Shown here: positions 40,275-51,955 of the stretch, piece by piece
Layout of the letters: every line of letters starts with the position of its first letter
Position numbering within the stretch: the first letter of the stretch is position 1
Assembly (NCBI GenBank): GCA_963707985.1
Contig: CAVPRW010000008.1
Coordinates: 128,001-192,000 of the forward strand
Direction of reading: 5' to 3'
DNA length: 64,000 bases
Origin: an uncultured Nitrospinota bacterium
GTDB lineage: Bacteria; Tectomicrobia; Entotheonellia; J063; CAVPRW01
Made by a program: the position numbers and the translations under genes
Notes under the pieces: generated by a model
What the model saw: the letters and a program-made list of their open reading frames with translations, nothing else
What the model was told of the DNA's origin: nothing
Databases searched by the model: none

Positions 40275-41369
40275 TCAACTCCCACCATGCACCTCGTCGT
40301 GAGACAGAGCCCTTGCGGCTGGGGATTCTCCCGAAAATCCCGCCCGAGGAGAGGACATACGCGGTGACAGCAGGACGTAGCTCAACAGCAGCCCGACGAT
40401 TCCCGAAAGCACGATCGAACCGGTCCAGACATGCACTGACCACTCAAGACCATGGGTCACGATCAGGGCCACATAATAGAGGGCATAGTACACCATCGGG
40501 ACCGCGAGGGCGAACAATCGCAGTGATCCAGATCGTTCAATCGAAGGCTTCAACCAACGGATCAGGAGGTCTGCCCCCAAGCCGGCAAGAACAGCCCCCG
40601 GAATCAAGTGATATTGATCGTGCATCAGGCTCATGAAAGCAGCATTGAGCCCGAACACCAGGGCGAGACTGCCGAGCGGCAGCGTCCAGCGTCGCACAGC
40701 GCAGAGCACCACACCCATCATTAGACCCGTTTGCAGTAAGACGCCCGCGATCCCGAGCGACATCCGCAACAAAGTCAGGCCACGAGGACCGGGAGGGCGG
40801 TAGCCGGCTGCCGCCCAGGGATCTACCAATGGGTGGGCAAACTGGGTTAAAAAGCTCCATGCCGACCACATGAACGTCAGCGAGAGGAGTTGCGGGAGCA
40901 GGGCAATCCACCCCGGATCGGGTGCATGCTGATCGCTGCCACGGCGCCATCCAGCGCGAAACGGTCCGCTGATGATCAACGTCATCCCGACGGCCAGGAT
41001 CAAATGCGTCGGACTGAGCAGCGCCTCGACCCCCATTTCAATGCCGAAGATCTCGTGCCAGATCATATCTCCGACGCCGCCAGCCATAAAAATTAGCACA
41101 CCCAGGAGTGCCAGCTCATAGCCGGGTGGCATGGCGTACCGCCAGGGGTAGCCCTGAGTGTGATGGCGCACCAATGTGGCGCCGAGGAAACCGGCGACGG
41201 CGAGAAACCCGGTATAAAAAACCGCATGCCAGGGCGTAAAAAAGCTCTCCAGCTCGGGGATATGATTATGCGCCCAGCCGTCTAACAACAGGCCTCCCAC
41301 GAACCAGAACGACAAGAGAACGACCGTCCAGTCGTAGCCGCGGCCAGTGCTAGCCTGTTGCTCTAACAT
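40275..41369 (-). CDS. Conserved multi-TM hypothetical protein
   Basis: DGWAHNH..ESFFTPWH and DMIWH..FGIE....LLSPTH motifs; about 10 TM segments. Confidence 0.75.
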   Translation of the reverse strand: MLEQQASTGRGYDWTVVLLSFWFVGGLLLDGWAHNHIPELESFFTPWHAVFYTGFLAVAGFLGATLVRHHTQGYPWRYAMPPGYELALLGVLIFMAGGVGDMIWHEIFGIEMGVEALLSPTHLILAVGMTLIISGPFRAGWRRGSDQHAPDPGWIALLPQLLSLTFMWSAWSFLTQFAHPLVDPWAAAGYRPPGPRGLTLLRMSLGIAGVLLQTGLMMGVVLCAVRRWTLPLGSLALVFGLNAAFMSLMHDQYHLIPGAVLAGLGADLLIRWLKPSIERSGSLRLFALAVPMVYYALYYVALIVTHGLEWSVHVWTGSIVLSGIVGLLLSYVLLSPRMSSPRAGFSGESPAARALSHDEVHGGS

Positions 41370-42028
41370 AGCCAGTCAGCCAGTTCAGTCAGGGTGTGAA
41401 ACTCACGATTGGCCCGACCACCATCGGAAGCCGGTTCATGCTTACGATTGATCCACGCCACAGGAACGCCCAGGCTGCGTGCTGGGATCACATCATGAAA
41501 GTAACTCTGCGCCGCGTGCAACCATCGCTTGTCCCCAAGGCGCAGGCGGGCTTCAGTGAAATGGCCGTGGGCGGGTTTGTACGAGCCCACCTGCTGGGCG
41601 GTCACGATCAGGTCGAAGGCGACCGTAAAATGGCGGCGGGTGCCGGCCAGTAGGTCGTCATCGATGTTTGACAGAATGCCCAGGCTGTACCCCGCCGCCG
41701 CGAGGCGCTCCAGGGCTGGGTTGGTGTCGGTAAATGCTGGCCAGCCGGGGAGGCTTTCGGCCAGAAATTGCGCGGGCTCGCGACTCAGGGACCATCCGAG
41801 GCGCTCGGCTACGAGCTGCGCGGTCTCGGTCAAGACGTCACGATAGCAACGGTATGGTGCGGCTTCGACGCCAGGCTCTATCTCAGCGTAGGCTTTGAGC
41901 ATCTGCGCTTTGTCGAGTTGCCGTGCCTCTGCCGCGGCGGCACTTGCGAAGGCGCTGCCGATTCCAGATTCCCAATCGATCAACGTACCGTAGCAATCGA
42001 AGGTAATAATGTCATACAGGCGTGCCAT
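41363..42028 (-). CDS. HAD-superfamily hydrolase (haloacid dehalogenase type II-like)
   Basis: TFDCYGTLIDW, LSNID, YKP and HD motifs. Confidence 0.9.
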   Translation of the reverse strand: MARLYDIITFDCYGTLIDWESGIGSAFASAAAAEARQLDKAQMLKAYAEIEPGVEAAPYRCYRDVLTETAQLVAERLGWSLSREPAQFLAESLPGWPAFTDTNPALERLAAAGYSLGILSNIDDDLLAGTRRHFTVAFDLIVTAQQVGSYKPAHGHFTEARLRLGDKRWLHAAQSYFHDVIPARSLGVPVAWINRKHEPASDGGRANREFHTLTELADWLC

Positions 42029-42047
42029 GATCTCCTCCGTAGACCAT

Positions 42048-45000
42048 CTACATCGCCACCACTGTCGAATCCGCGGCGCGAAACTCAGCGAGCAATGTTT
42101 CCACCTGGCGATGAAATTCGTCGACTGAGGTCAGCTTGATGTCTTCGTAGCCGCGGATCAGGTCGGGAAGCTCGGCAATCTGCACAGCAATGGGGTAATT
42201 GCCCTCATCGAGGTCAACGAGCAGCAATTCGATCAGCTGCCGGTATTCGCCGATCAACTGTCGCTCGACACGGCGGACCCTGGCATACCCAAAGATATTC
42301 AGCGGTGTTCTACGCAGGCTGCGCAGGGCCCGTAAGGCCTTCAGCATCGGCGCGAACCACATGCCAAGGCGGAGCTTGCGTTTGAGGCCGAGGGCTCGGA
42401 GCAGTGGCGGATGCAGATTGAACGCCGGCTGTGCATCGTCGCCGAACTCGGCGCGTACCTGTTGGAAAAGCTCTTCTTTTAGCAGCAGTCGAGCGACCTC
42501 ATACTCATCCTTATAGGCCATGAGTTTGAACAGATAGCGTGCGACCGCTTCGCTGAGTCGGGTCTGACCTGACACGCGGCTATCCTCGACAGCGACGACT
42601 TTCCTAATGAATTCTACATACCGTCGAGCATAGGCCGAGCTTTGGTAGAGAATCAGCTCGGGGATGCGAATCTCCGCCAAACGCCGCACCTCGCCGGCAA
42701 AACCCGAGGATTCTAGAAGCGCTCGTGCCGCCGCCACCGCCTCAGGTCTGCTCGACTCCAGCTCTATCAAGGGACTGGAAACTGCCTCGTTCGGTACTCC
42801 GATTTGTCGGAGCTGGCGTTCAACCGCCGCACCATCCTGCACGTACAGTCGTCCCCAGCGGAAGGCTTGCAGATTCATCTCCACGGCCACGCCATTGAGA
42901 CGAATCGTCTCCTCGATCGATGCCGCCTCAAGCGGAATCGCCCCCGACTGGTATGCTGCCCCCACCACGATGAGATTGGACGCCATATAATCGCCGAAGA
43001 GTTGCTCGGCCAGGGCTTCGGCATCCAGATAGACATTGGCCTCGCGCTGGGTGCAACGCTCGACAGTCTGACGTAATCCAGACATCGCCGGGAAGAGCAC
43101 GTGTTTGTTGCGCACCATATCTCCAGTGGGAATTTGACTGATGCTAATCACAGCTCGCGTGCGGTCCGGACTGGCTTTTTCGAGGTGAACCGGTTGAGTC
43201 GCCACCAGGATGTCGAATCCCAAGTACAGATTGGCCTCTCCTGCTCCCACTTTATTGGACGTCAATATGGGCTTGTCGCCGAGCTTGAGGCTTGACACCA
43301 CCGGGCCACCCTTTTGTGACAGCCCCGTTTGGTCGAAGGCTCGTACATGTTTGCCTTCTAGCATTCCTGCCGTCCCCAACAGCGTATTCACCGTCACCAC
43401 GCCAGTGCCACCGATACCAGCCATATAGATCGCATAGCCATCGGCAGACGAAACTTTGTGAAGGGGCTCCTGGAGGATCGAAGCGATCGCCGGCAGCACC
43501 GGTTTGGGGCGCTCCGTCACCCCATTGACGAGGTTGACGGTCACAAATGATGGGCAATCGCCGTTAAGACACGAGTAATCTTTGTTACACGAGGATTGGT
43601 GGATGTGGGTCTTGCGGCCGAACTCGGTGTCGACCGGTTGCACCGACAGACAGTTGGATTTGGCGCCGCAGTCACCGCAGCCCTCGCACACGGCCTCATT
43701 GATGATGACACGCAAGGACGGCTCGGCGAGCTTGCCACGCTTGCGATGGCGTCGCTTCTCAGCGGCACACTGTTGATCATAGATCAGGACCGTGGTCCCA
43801 GGGATCTGCCGCAGGTCGCGCTGCGCCGCATCCAAGGCCTCGCGGTCCCGCACCTCAGCGTTGCCTGCCAGCTTGGCCTGCCGATACTTCGTGGGATCTT
43901 CCGCCACTATGATAGTCCGGCGCACCCCTTCTGCTTCCAGCTTGCGGGTAAGCTCTGGAATCGGCAACGCGCCCGCGGCATCCTGCCCGCCAGTCATGGC
44001 CACCGCAGCATTGTACAAAATTTTGTAGGTGATGTTGACGCCGGAGGCCACGGCGGCGCTGATCGCCATGCTGCCGGAGTGGAAGAACGTACCGTCGCCG
44101 ATGTTCTGGAACATGTGCGGCATCTCGGTGAACGGCGCCATGCCGATCCACTGCGCCCCTTCGCCCCCCATCTGGGTGATGCCATAGGTGTTGCGCTCCA
44201 TGCCGAGCGCCATGGCGTGGCAGCCGATCCCAGCAGCCGCGATGGACCCCTCGGGGACGACGGTGGAACGATTGTGCGGGCAGCCACTGCAGAAATAGGC
44301 CGGCCGTGCCAGCGAGAGCTCGATGTCTCGGGTTTTCATGGCCGTGAGACGTGCCGCAGCAGCAGCAACGGAGTCGAGGCTGCTGTCGACGCAGCAGGCG
44401 GTTGGCGATGACCTGAGCGACGCGATCGGCATCGATTTCGCCATGCATCGGCAGTAATGGCTGACCTTCCGCATCGAACTTACCCACGATCGTCGGGCGA
44501 TCGGTCGCAGGATACAAGATGTCACGGGTGAAGAGCTCGATGAAGCTGCGTTTCTCCTCGACGATGAGGATCTCTTCGAGCCCACGGGCAAACTGCCGCA
44601 CGATGCCCGGCTCCAGGGGATAAATCATCCCTAACTTGAGGATACGGATGCCGACGTGGCGGAGCATCTCATCATCCACACCCAGTTCGTGCAGGGCCTG
44701 GCGCACGTCATAGTAGGTTTTGCCGGCAGTGACGATGCCAAACCAGGCGTCGGGCGTGGTGACAGTAATTTGGTTCACGGGATTGGCGGCGGCATACTGG
44801 CGTGCGGCTTCGAGCCGATGGTAGTAGATGCTACGCTCCATCTCCAGGCTGTGGGGAGCGAGCAGAGTAGGGTTGAGCCGATGGGAGAACGGCCTGTCGT
44901 CGACCTCGAAGCTTGGCAGGATGGGCTGAACGCGATCCGCTCCGACCTCGACCGTGCCTGATTCGTCGGCGACATTGGTCACCACTTTAAACGCCGTCCA

Positions 45001-45585
45001 CAGGCCACAGTAGCGGGAGAGCGCAAAGCCGTGCAGGCCCAGATCGAGCAACTCTTGCACGTTTCCCGGGTACAGAATCGGAAAGTTGGCGTCGAAGAAG
45101 GCCACCTCACTATAGTTAGGCAAGGTCGAGCTCTTACAAGGCGGATCATCCCCAGCCATGGCCAGCACGCCACCGTTCTTCCCGATGCCGGCGAAGTTCG
45201 CATGCTTGAAGGCATCGCCCGAGCGATCGACACCCGGCGCCTTGCCGTACCAGATCCCCAGCACGCCATCGTACTTGGCGCCGGGGAAAAGGCCGGCCAT
45301 TTGGCTACCGAACACCGCTGTGGCCGCTAGATCTTCATTGACGCCGGAGACGAAATGAATGTGATACTCCTTAAGCAGGTCAGGCAGACGCTCCAGAGTT
45401 AGATCAAGGCCGCCGAGCGGAGAGCCGCGATAGCCGGTAATAAAGGTAGCTGTCCGCAGCCCTGCACGTCGATCGGCACGATGTTGGTCCATGGGCAGGC
45501 GGACGAGAGCCTGGATACCGCTGAGGTAGATTTGACCCTCTTCCTGCAAGTACTTATCCATCAATGAGAAAGCTGTCCTCCGCAC
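42048..45585 (-). CDS. Fused indolepyruvate:ferredoxin oxidoreductase-family protein, frameshifted near 44380
   Basis: First frame has GYRGSPLGG, NEDLAATA and WYGKAPGVDR. Second frame has FCSGCPHN, GDGTFFHSG, CEGCGDC and KLMAYKDEYEVAR. Confidence 0.88.
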
Positions 45586-46594
45586 TCATAGCCCCTCCAT
45601 ACCTCAGGAAACCAGAGTATACCAACGGCGCTAGTTGATCGCAGTTGGCTGCCTAACCTGTTGTTGGGTACCGTCGAGCGGTCATGACAACGACTTCTGC
45701 CTCACACGCGGCTTCAACATGTGGACCAGATGCTCCATACGCTCACATGCCTTTGACTCGTTCAATTCTTCCAGAGGGAGTGTACCACGCCAGTTTCTTT
45801 CTAAGAGATCACCGATACGGGCTGGCCCCTGGGGGCGCTCGAAAGTGTCGGGTACACCGTGCCGGAGATGATTCAGCCAATCGGTCAAGTAGCCCATCGT
45901 ACGTAGTCGACGGCTCTTCAGGGAGTGTCATATCAGTTCTCTCCCCTCACGGCAGCGGACTTCATAGCTGGAATCTCACGCTAACAATGGAGCCCGACTC
46001 CTTCTCCTGCAGTGTATCATGCCCAGCAGGAGCGAAAAACCGGAAAATTAAGTGTCCCACCACGTCTCCTCCTCAGCCTTTAACAATCCCACTACGAAAG
46101 TTAACCGCTCTCATCACGACGCTCTTGCTCCACGGCTTGTTCTATATATCAAGCGACAGATTCCGTGTGGAAGCTGACAAAGCAGTCATGGGAAATCGGC
46201 AGTGATATCGGCCAATACCGCTTATGGGGAAGGAGCATGAGCGAGGTGAACTGGATCGATAACAGGAGCAGTCTGACACGTACCGGCGGTTTCCTCCGCA
46301 CGGGATAGACGCACACCATCAATTTTCAGATGGGCTGTGCCTGTGCCGGTGGGCGCTAGGGTCTTTGGCAACTTGCCTCTTGCTTGACCCAATGGCAGAC
46401 TCGTGGTGAGGGGATGTTCTTGAGCCGGAGGACCGCCACTAGGCGCGCATGTCATTCATTGATGAATCAGCAGCATAGTCATGGTGCTCGGTCGTTGGAT
46501 TTCATACCGATGTGCGAAGCTGCCAAGATGGATGGGTGAGATCATGAGCAATATGGTGAGAGTCGACAACTTGAAAAACAAAAGGGGCTGCTAG

Positions 46595-46843
46595 ATGGCG
46601 AACTCCAAGCAATATGAAGAGCATATCCTCAGAGAACTTCAGGCATTACCCACAGAAGCCCTGCCAAAGGTGCTGCGCCTGATCACGCTCGTTCGGGAGG
46701 AAATCCTCACACAGGAGGTACATGCAGTACAACAGGAGCCTCCAGTGGAAGATACCAGGATTCTCTCGTTGGCAGGGGCCATCGGCTGGAAGAGCGGGCT
46801 TCCTGCCTGCTCGCCGGTGCGCACGAAACCATTCTTACGCTAA
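46595..46843 (+). CDS. Small DUF2281-like putative antitoxin (3' end possibly truncated)
   Basis: YEEHILRELQALPTEALPKVLRLI; AGGGG RBS. Confidence 0.4.
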   Translation: MANSKQYEEHILRELQALPTEALPKVLRLITLVREEILTQEVHAVQQEPPVEDTRILSLAGAIGWKSGLPACSPVRTKPFLR

Positions 46844-47560
46844 CCGTGGGCTGAAGTGATACGGCGGCCAGGGGCCATCGATTTTCACCATATATTCGGG
46901 GCCCAACAGTGCAGCCATCTTGGTCACCGCTTCCTCGAAATCAGCGCGTTGCTGGTGCGCCACGTGAAAGGCGGCAGCGCTTAGCACATGAGCCTCGGTG
47001 GGGTCATCGAGGCGGCTTTCAGCGCTCGTCTGGCGCAGGCTTCTCAGTACCAATTGGCTCATGGCCTGGCGGCGTGCGTTCAGCCAGTCGTAGACGCGAC
47101 CGCCGAGCTCGATCTGCTCCTGACGGCTCGGTGGACTGCCGCGCGATTGCAGCCAGCCTCGGAATCGACGCAGTTCCTCATCGCTCTCCACCAGATAGGC
47201 ACTGAGGTTATCGACCGCCCACGACACCTTGAGGCCGATCTCCCCCTTGGCATGCAGACGCTCCAGTTCAGCCTTCAGTGACTCATAATGCGCTTCTAGC
47301 AGACGCCGCACTTGTACATCATCCTCGGCGATCTGCCCGAATTTTGCCGGAATAGTCGTATGCTGTGTACTGACGTGACGCAGCGTTTGATGAAAGGGGG
47401 CGAGGTTCCGACGCAGAGGTTTGATGGACGTGGCGGGATGCGAGCTGACCACGGCGGCGATATCCTGGTGTCGTACGGTGTAGACGCGTTCTCCATCAAG
47501 CCCGATAGCGCCGAAGTCGTGCTCGCCGTCCGTAAGAATCACGCCATAACGGTGGCGATG
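46835..47560 (-). CDS. GvpL/GvpF-family gas vesicle protein (5' end unclear)
   Basis: GAIGLDGERVYTV..DIAAVVS, TTIPAKFG, QIELG and GPWPPYHF motifs. Confidence 0.8.
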   Translation of the reverse strand, partial: HRHRYGVILTDGEHDFGAIGLDGERVYTVRHQDIAAVVSSHPATSIKPLRRNLAPFHQTLRHVSTQHTTIPAKFGQIAEDDVQVRRLLEAHYESLKAELERLHAKGEIGLKVSWAVDNLSAYLVESDEELRRFRGWLQSRGSPPSRQEQIELGGRVYDWLNARRQAMSQLVLRSLRQTSAESRLDDPTEAHVLSAAAFHVAHQQRADFEEAVTKMAALLGPEYMVKIDGPWPPYHFSPRLA

Positions 47561-47567
47561 ATCGAGG

Positions 47568-47945
47568 CTACAGACCAAATGGCTGATCAGGTGTCGAGGT
47601 GACGGACCTGGACTCCTGATCGCGGAGGTCGAAAGCGGCGAAGGTGTAGGGTGGCCATGGACCAGTGAAGAGGAACAGGACATGCCTATGGCCGTGCCGC
47701 CAATGCTCGTAGCGCTGCTTGAAGGGTTCCGCATACGGCTGTTGCACCAGGCAGTGAAGTGTGGTCAGCAGGCCGCTTTCGAGTGAGTGCTACTCCGTCT
47801 TGATCGCACTGAGATACGGGGAGGTCACCGCCTGGAAGGACTGGATGAGGGCATGCGCTTGAGTCTGGAGAGCATGGAATCGCTGAGGCTGCAGATGCTT
47901 CTGCGCTAGGTAGCGTGTCCCCTGTGGGGGCTGGGAAGGGTCTCG
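47568..47945 (-). pseudogene. 3' fragment of a second GvpL/GvpF gene
   Basis: GTRYL...(internal TAG)...LFTGPWPPYTF; 5' end lost at an AT-rich junction. Confidence 0.65.
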
Positions 47946-48579
47946 TGAAGCAAGGCCATTCTGAGGAATCTGCGTTGCATCAGTATTTTATCTTATTATA
48001 TTTTTATCTATAAAAAATAATATATAATTATCTTAAATGAGCTTCAAGAACGAGGTGTGGCAGGCTTTTGAGGATGTCCTCACTGGTCCTTCGGATTCGT
48101 ACGGAGCCACCATATCCTCCAAAAGCAATTACCGAGTGCTGGTACAGAGCAGCGTCTGTCGCAGCAACCAGCGCCACCACCTCTCGCCTCACCATGGTCG
48201 CTGCAGGTGTCATGGCAAGGCGAGTGCCCTTCTAGGCGAGCAGCATGACGGTCATCCGAACCTACGAGGCAATCGACCCCGCGCCGCGGCGAATGTTTGT
48301 TACTCGACTCTCCTCAGCCTGTCGTATATAATCGCCGCACGTCATCAGACTGTAGCCATGCTCCGAGAGGGAGGCTTTCCGGGGGAGATATTTCGTGCCA
48401 TCTCCCGTGCGGAGGAGGCACACGGCACCAGGGGCAGCATCGTGTCCGAAAAACCTGTACCCCGTGAGTGGGGGTGAGGGAGTGCCATCAAGGTTCGCAC
48501 GAGAGTCCGGTAGGGCTGTTTTGTCCCGGTCGTGGCGATTCTGACGAATCGCCTCACTCACGCGGAAGGAGGAGAGCGC

Positions 48580-50220
48580 ATGAAAGTGATCGATGCCATC
48601 GCTGAAATCATGAAGCGAGAGGGCGTGCAATTCCTCAGTTGTTACCCGACGACGCCGATCATCGAAGCCTGCGCGAGTGTCGGCATCCGCCCCTATCTGT
48701 GCCGGCAAGAACGCGTCGGAGCGGGTATTGCTGATGGTTATAGCCGTGTGACCAACGGCAAGCCACTCGGCGTATTCGCCATGCAATATGGGCCCGGCGC
48801 GGAGAACGCTTTTCCCGGAGTCGCCACGGCCTATTCCGATTCGACACCCATGCTGGTGCTGCCGCTCGGGCACCAGCGCGATCGCGCACAGATCTTCCCG
48901 CTCTTTAGCTCGGCACGTACCTACGCCTCGGTGACCAAATCGGTGGAGACGCTGAACCTGGCGCATGAAGTGTCGGAGGTGATGCGCCGAGCCTTTAGTC
49001 TCCTGAAGATGGGACGTCCAGGACCGGTGATGGTGGAGATTCCCGCCGATGTAGCATTGGAGGAGGTCTCTGAAGCCGCCTTACAGTATACCCCGGTGAA
49101 GGCCAGCCGTCCGGCCGGCAACCCCCAGGAGGTCGCCGAGGCCGCGCGGGTGTTGCTGCAAGCCGGCCAGGCCGTGATCCATGCAGGACAGGGGGTGCTG
49201 TATGCCGAGGCCACCGACGAGCTTCTGGAGTTGGCGGAGTTGCTGCAGAGACCAGTGTTGACCACCATGGAGGGCAAAAGCGCCTTTCCTGAGAATCACC
49301 CGTTAGCCTTGGGCAGCGGCAGTGGGGTGATGAGCCGGCCGGTGGTCCACTTCCTGGGCCAGGCCGACGTGGTGTTGGCGGTGGGCACGAGCCTGACGAA
49401 GCATGGCATGGCGACGCCGATGCCCTCTGGAAAGACCTTCATCCACGTCACTAACGACGAACGTGATCTGAATAAGAACTTCAGCGCGCAGTACCCCATT
49501 CTCGGGGATGCCAAGCTGGTCCTGCGCCAGTTCATTGAGGCGGCCAAGGATCTGCTCGGTGGCAAGCGTCGCGATGCTGCGGTTGCCAGTGAGATTGCTC
49601 AGGTGCGCGAGGCATGGCTGAAGGAATGGATGCCGAAGCTGGCCTCGGATGAGGTGCCGCTCAATCCATACCGGGTGATGTGGGACTTCATGCAGACGGT
49701 GGACCCGAAAGATGCCATCGTCACCCACGATTCCGGCAGCCCACGTGATCAACTGATGCCGTTTTACCGCGCCACGGCACCACGCGGCTATCTGGGCTGG
49801 GGCAAGTCGCATGCGCTGGGGACGGGGCTCGGGCTCATCATGGGGGCGAAACTCGCGGCACCCAACAAGTTCTGCGCCAACTTCATGGGCGATGCTGCGT
49901 TCGGGATGACCGGCCTCGATTTCGAGACCGCCGTCCGTACTGGCATCCCCATCACGACCATCGTGCTGAACAACTCAGCCATGGCGATTGAGCGCCATGC
50001 TCTGGTGATTTCCCACGAGCGGTATCGCGCCCGTGACATCGGCGGCAACTATGCCGATATGGGCCGCGCCATGGGTGGCTATGCCGAGCGTGTGGAGAAG
50101 CCGGATGAAATCGTGCCAGCGATCCAGCGGGCACGGCAGCATAACGAAGCCGGACGTGCCGTGCTGTTGGAGTTCATCACCAGCCAGGAAATCAACTTCT
50201 CGCACCGGCGGGCGTTTTGA
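48580..50220 (+). CDS. Thiamine pyrophosphate-requiring enzyme (acetolactate synthase-like)
   Basis: RQER...ADGYSR, GPGAEN, GRPGPV and the GDAAFGM...NN TPP-binding motif. Confidence 0.9.
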   Translation: MKVIDAIAEIMKREGVQFLSCYPTTPIIEACASVGIRPYLCRQERVGAGIADGYSRVTNGKPLGVFAMQYGPGAENAFPGVATAYSDSTPMLVLPLGHQRDRAQIFPLFSSARTYASVTKSVETLNLAHEVSEVMRRAFSLLKMGRPGPVMVEIPADVALEEVSEAALQYTPVKASRPAGNPQEVAEAARVLLQAGQAVIHAGQGVLYAEATDELLELAELLQRPVLTTMEGKSAFPENHPLALGSGSGVMSRPVVHFLGQADVVLAVGTSLTKHGMATPMPSGKTFIHVTNDERDLNKNFSAQYPILGDAKLVLRQFIEAAKDLLGGKRRDAAVASEIAQVREAWLKEWMPKLASDEVPLNPYRVMWDFMQTVDPKDAIVTHDSGSPRDQLMPFYRATAPRGYLGWGKSHALGTGLGLIMGAKLAAPNKFCANFMGDAAFGMTGLDFETAVRTGIPITTIVLNNSAMAIERHALVISHERYRARDIGGNYADMGRAMGGYAERVEKPDEIVPAIQRARQHNEAGRAVLLEFITSQEINFSHRRAF

Positions 50221-50302
50221 TGCAGCCAGGGAAGTGGGTCGGCCTCGCCCGGCCGTTGCTCTGCGGGATGCAGGTCGATCCGGGCGGTCAGGGGAGCCTT
50301 TT

Positions 50303-51496
50303 ATGTGGGATACATGGCGGTGGATCCGGACTTTGATGTGGACGGGGCTGCGGGTGGCCGTTTGCGTCGGGGTCTGTCTGGTCCTCCAGCGCCCTAGTCT
50401 CGTTCATGCCGCTGCGCCAGGGATGGGCACCGGCGTCCAAACGCAACCCGTGTCGCAGATGGTCACGACCTTGACCCCGTTGATCGTTGATGATGCTGCT
50501 GCCCGTTTGCCCTTACTGACAACCCACGTCCTGAATCAGAGGCATGCCGATGTGACCCGGGCTATTATCGTGATCCATGGAGCCTTGCGGAATGCCGAAG
50601 GCTCCTTCACCTCCATGCGGCAGGCGATGACATTGGCTGGGGAGGCCGGTCGCCAGGCGTTGATTTTGGCGCCACAATTTCTGAGCGAAGTGGATGAGGT
50701 CCGTTATTCCGTACCCCTCGATGTTCCCGTCTGGAGCGTCGACGGATGGAAAGAGGGGGACCTCTCCGAGATCCGTCGTGATGATTCGACGGACCGCCGG
50801 GTCAGTTCCTTCGCCATGTTGGATGCGTTGTTGCAGATGCTGAGCGATCGCCAGTATTGGCCAGCGCTGGACCTGGTGGTGCTAGCGGGTCATTCGGCCG
50901 GAGGTCAGTTCATACAGCGCTATGCCGTGGCTGGGCGCGCCCCAACGCTGCTCAGCCACCATGGCATCCACACCCGCTTTGTCGTCGCTAACCCGTCCTC
51001 CTACCTCTATTTCGATGCGCGACGGCCGACAGAACATGGCTTTATCCCCTTTCCCCAGACGCGCTGTCGCGGCTTCGACCGCTATAAGTATGGCCTGGAA
51101 GCACCCAATGCCTACGTGGCGGCCCAGACCCCACAGGAGCTGATGTCGCACTATGCCCGGCAGCAGGTCATCTATCTGCTCGGCACCCTCGATGCCGACG
51201 CCGCGCACCCGTTTCTTGACCGCTCCTGTGCCGCTGAGGCCCAGGGGCCCAGCCGCCTGGCGCGGGGGCAGGCCTATTACCAATACCTGCCCGTGGTCCT
51301 GGGACACGAGGTGGTGCAGCGGCAGCATCGAGTGTTGATCGAGGGCGTGGGGCACGATGATCAGGGCATGTTCCAATCTCCCTGCGGTGTGGCCTGGCTC
51401 TTTGCCAACGGCCAGTGTCCGCAGCCGCCCGGCACAAGCCAGATACCATTGCCCAAGGCCAATGCCAGCATAGCCGTACCGGCCCCTGTGCGATAA
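50303..51496 (+). CDS. Secreted alpha/beta hydrolase
   Basis: IHGALRNA, GHSAGGQF, VANPSSYLY and GVGHD motifs; signal-like N-terminus. Confidence 0.8.
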   Translation: MWDTWRWIRTLMWTGLRVAVCVGVCLVLQRPSLVHAAAPGMGTGVQTQPVSQMVTTLTPLIVDDAAARLPLLTTHVLNQRHADVTRAIIVIHGALRNAEGSFTSMRQAMTLAGEAGRQALILAPQFLSEVDEVRYSVPLDVPVWSVDGWKEGDLSEIRRDDSTDRRVSSFAMLDALLQMLSDRQYWPALDLVVLAGHSAGGQFIQRYAVAGRAPTLLSHHGIHTRFVVANPSSYLYFDARRPTEHGFIPFPQTRCRGFDRYKYGLEAPNAYVAAQTPQELMSHYARQQVIYLLGTLDADAAHPFLDRSCAAEAQGPSRLARGQAYYQYLPVVLGHEVVQRQHRVLIEGVGHDDQGMFQSPCGVAWLFANGQCPQPPGTSQIPLPKANASIAVPAPVR

Positions 51497-51570
51497 CCAG
51501 CTGCCTCGCGGGCGGGGCATGCTAGAGGAGTGTTCAGGAGGGGGAAGCCAACCACAAGGGAGGTGCAAGC

Positions 51571-51900
51571 GTGGCGGACGAACAGCTCAGCCTCATCCTG
51601 GTCACCGCGCCTTCACTTGAGGTCGCCAATCAGCTCGCCCACGGATTGGTGAGCGAGCGTCTCGCTGCGTGTGTCAATGTGCTACCTCACGTGATGTCGA
51701 CGTATGTCTGGGCGGGGCAACTCGAGCATGCCGAGGAAGTCCTGATGATGATCAAAACTCGCCACTCGAGGTATGCTGCACTGGAGCAGTATATTCGTGC
51801 CCATCATCCGTATGACACGCCGGAGATTGTTGAAATTCCTGCCGGCCGAGTCACACAGCCCTATTGGGAATGGGTCCTGAAGGAAACCACCCGCGGCTGA
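51571..51900 (+). CDS. cutA: Divalent-cation tolerance protein CutA
   Basis: LVSERLAACVN, S.Y.W.G, IKT and HPYDTPEI motifs. Confidence 0.93.
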   Translation: MADEQLSLILVTAPSLEVANQLAHGLVSERLAACVNVLPHVMSTYVWAGQLEHAEEVLMMIKTRHSRYAALEQYIRAHHPYDTPEIVEIPAGRVTQPYWEWVLKETTRG

Positions 51901-51955
51901 AATGCGGCGGCCGTGCGATGGGCTTCCTGCCGTACGGCCGCCCTCCACTTCAGCC

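Noticed and set aside
45620..46560. Short ORFs between the IOR gene and the antitoxin-like ORF
   Set aside because: No recognisable motifs or consistent RBS/strand signal; left unannotated.
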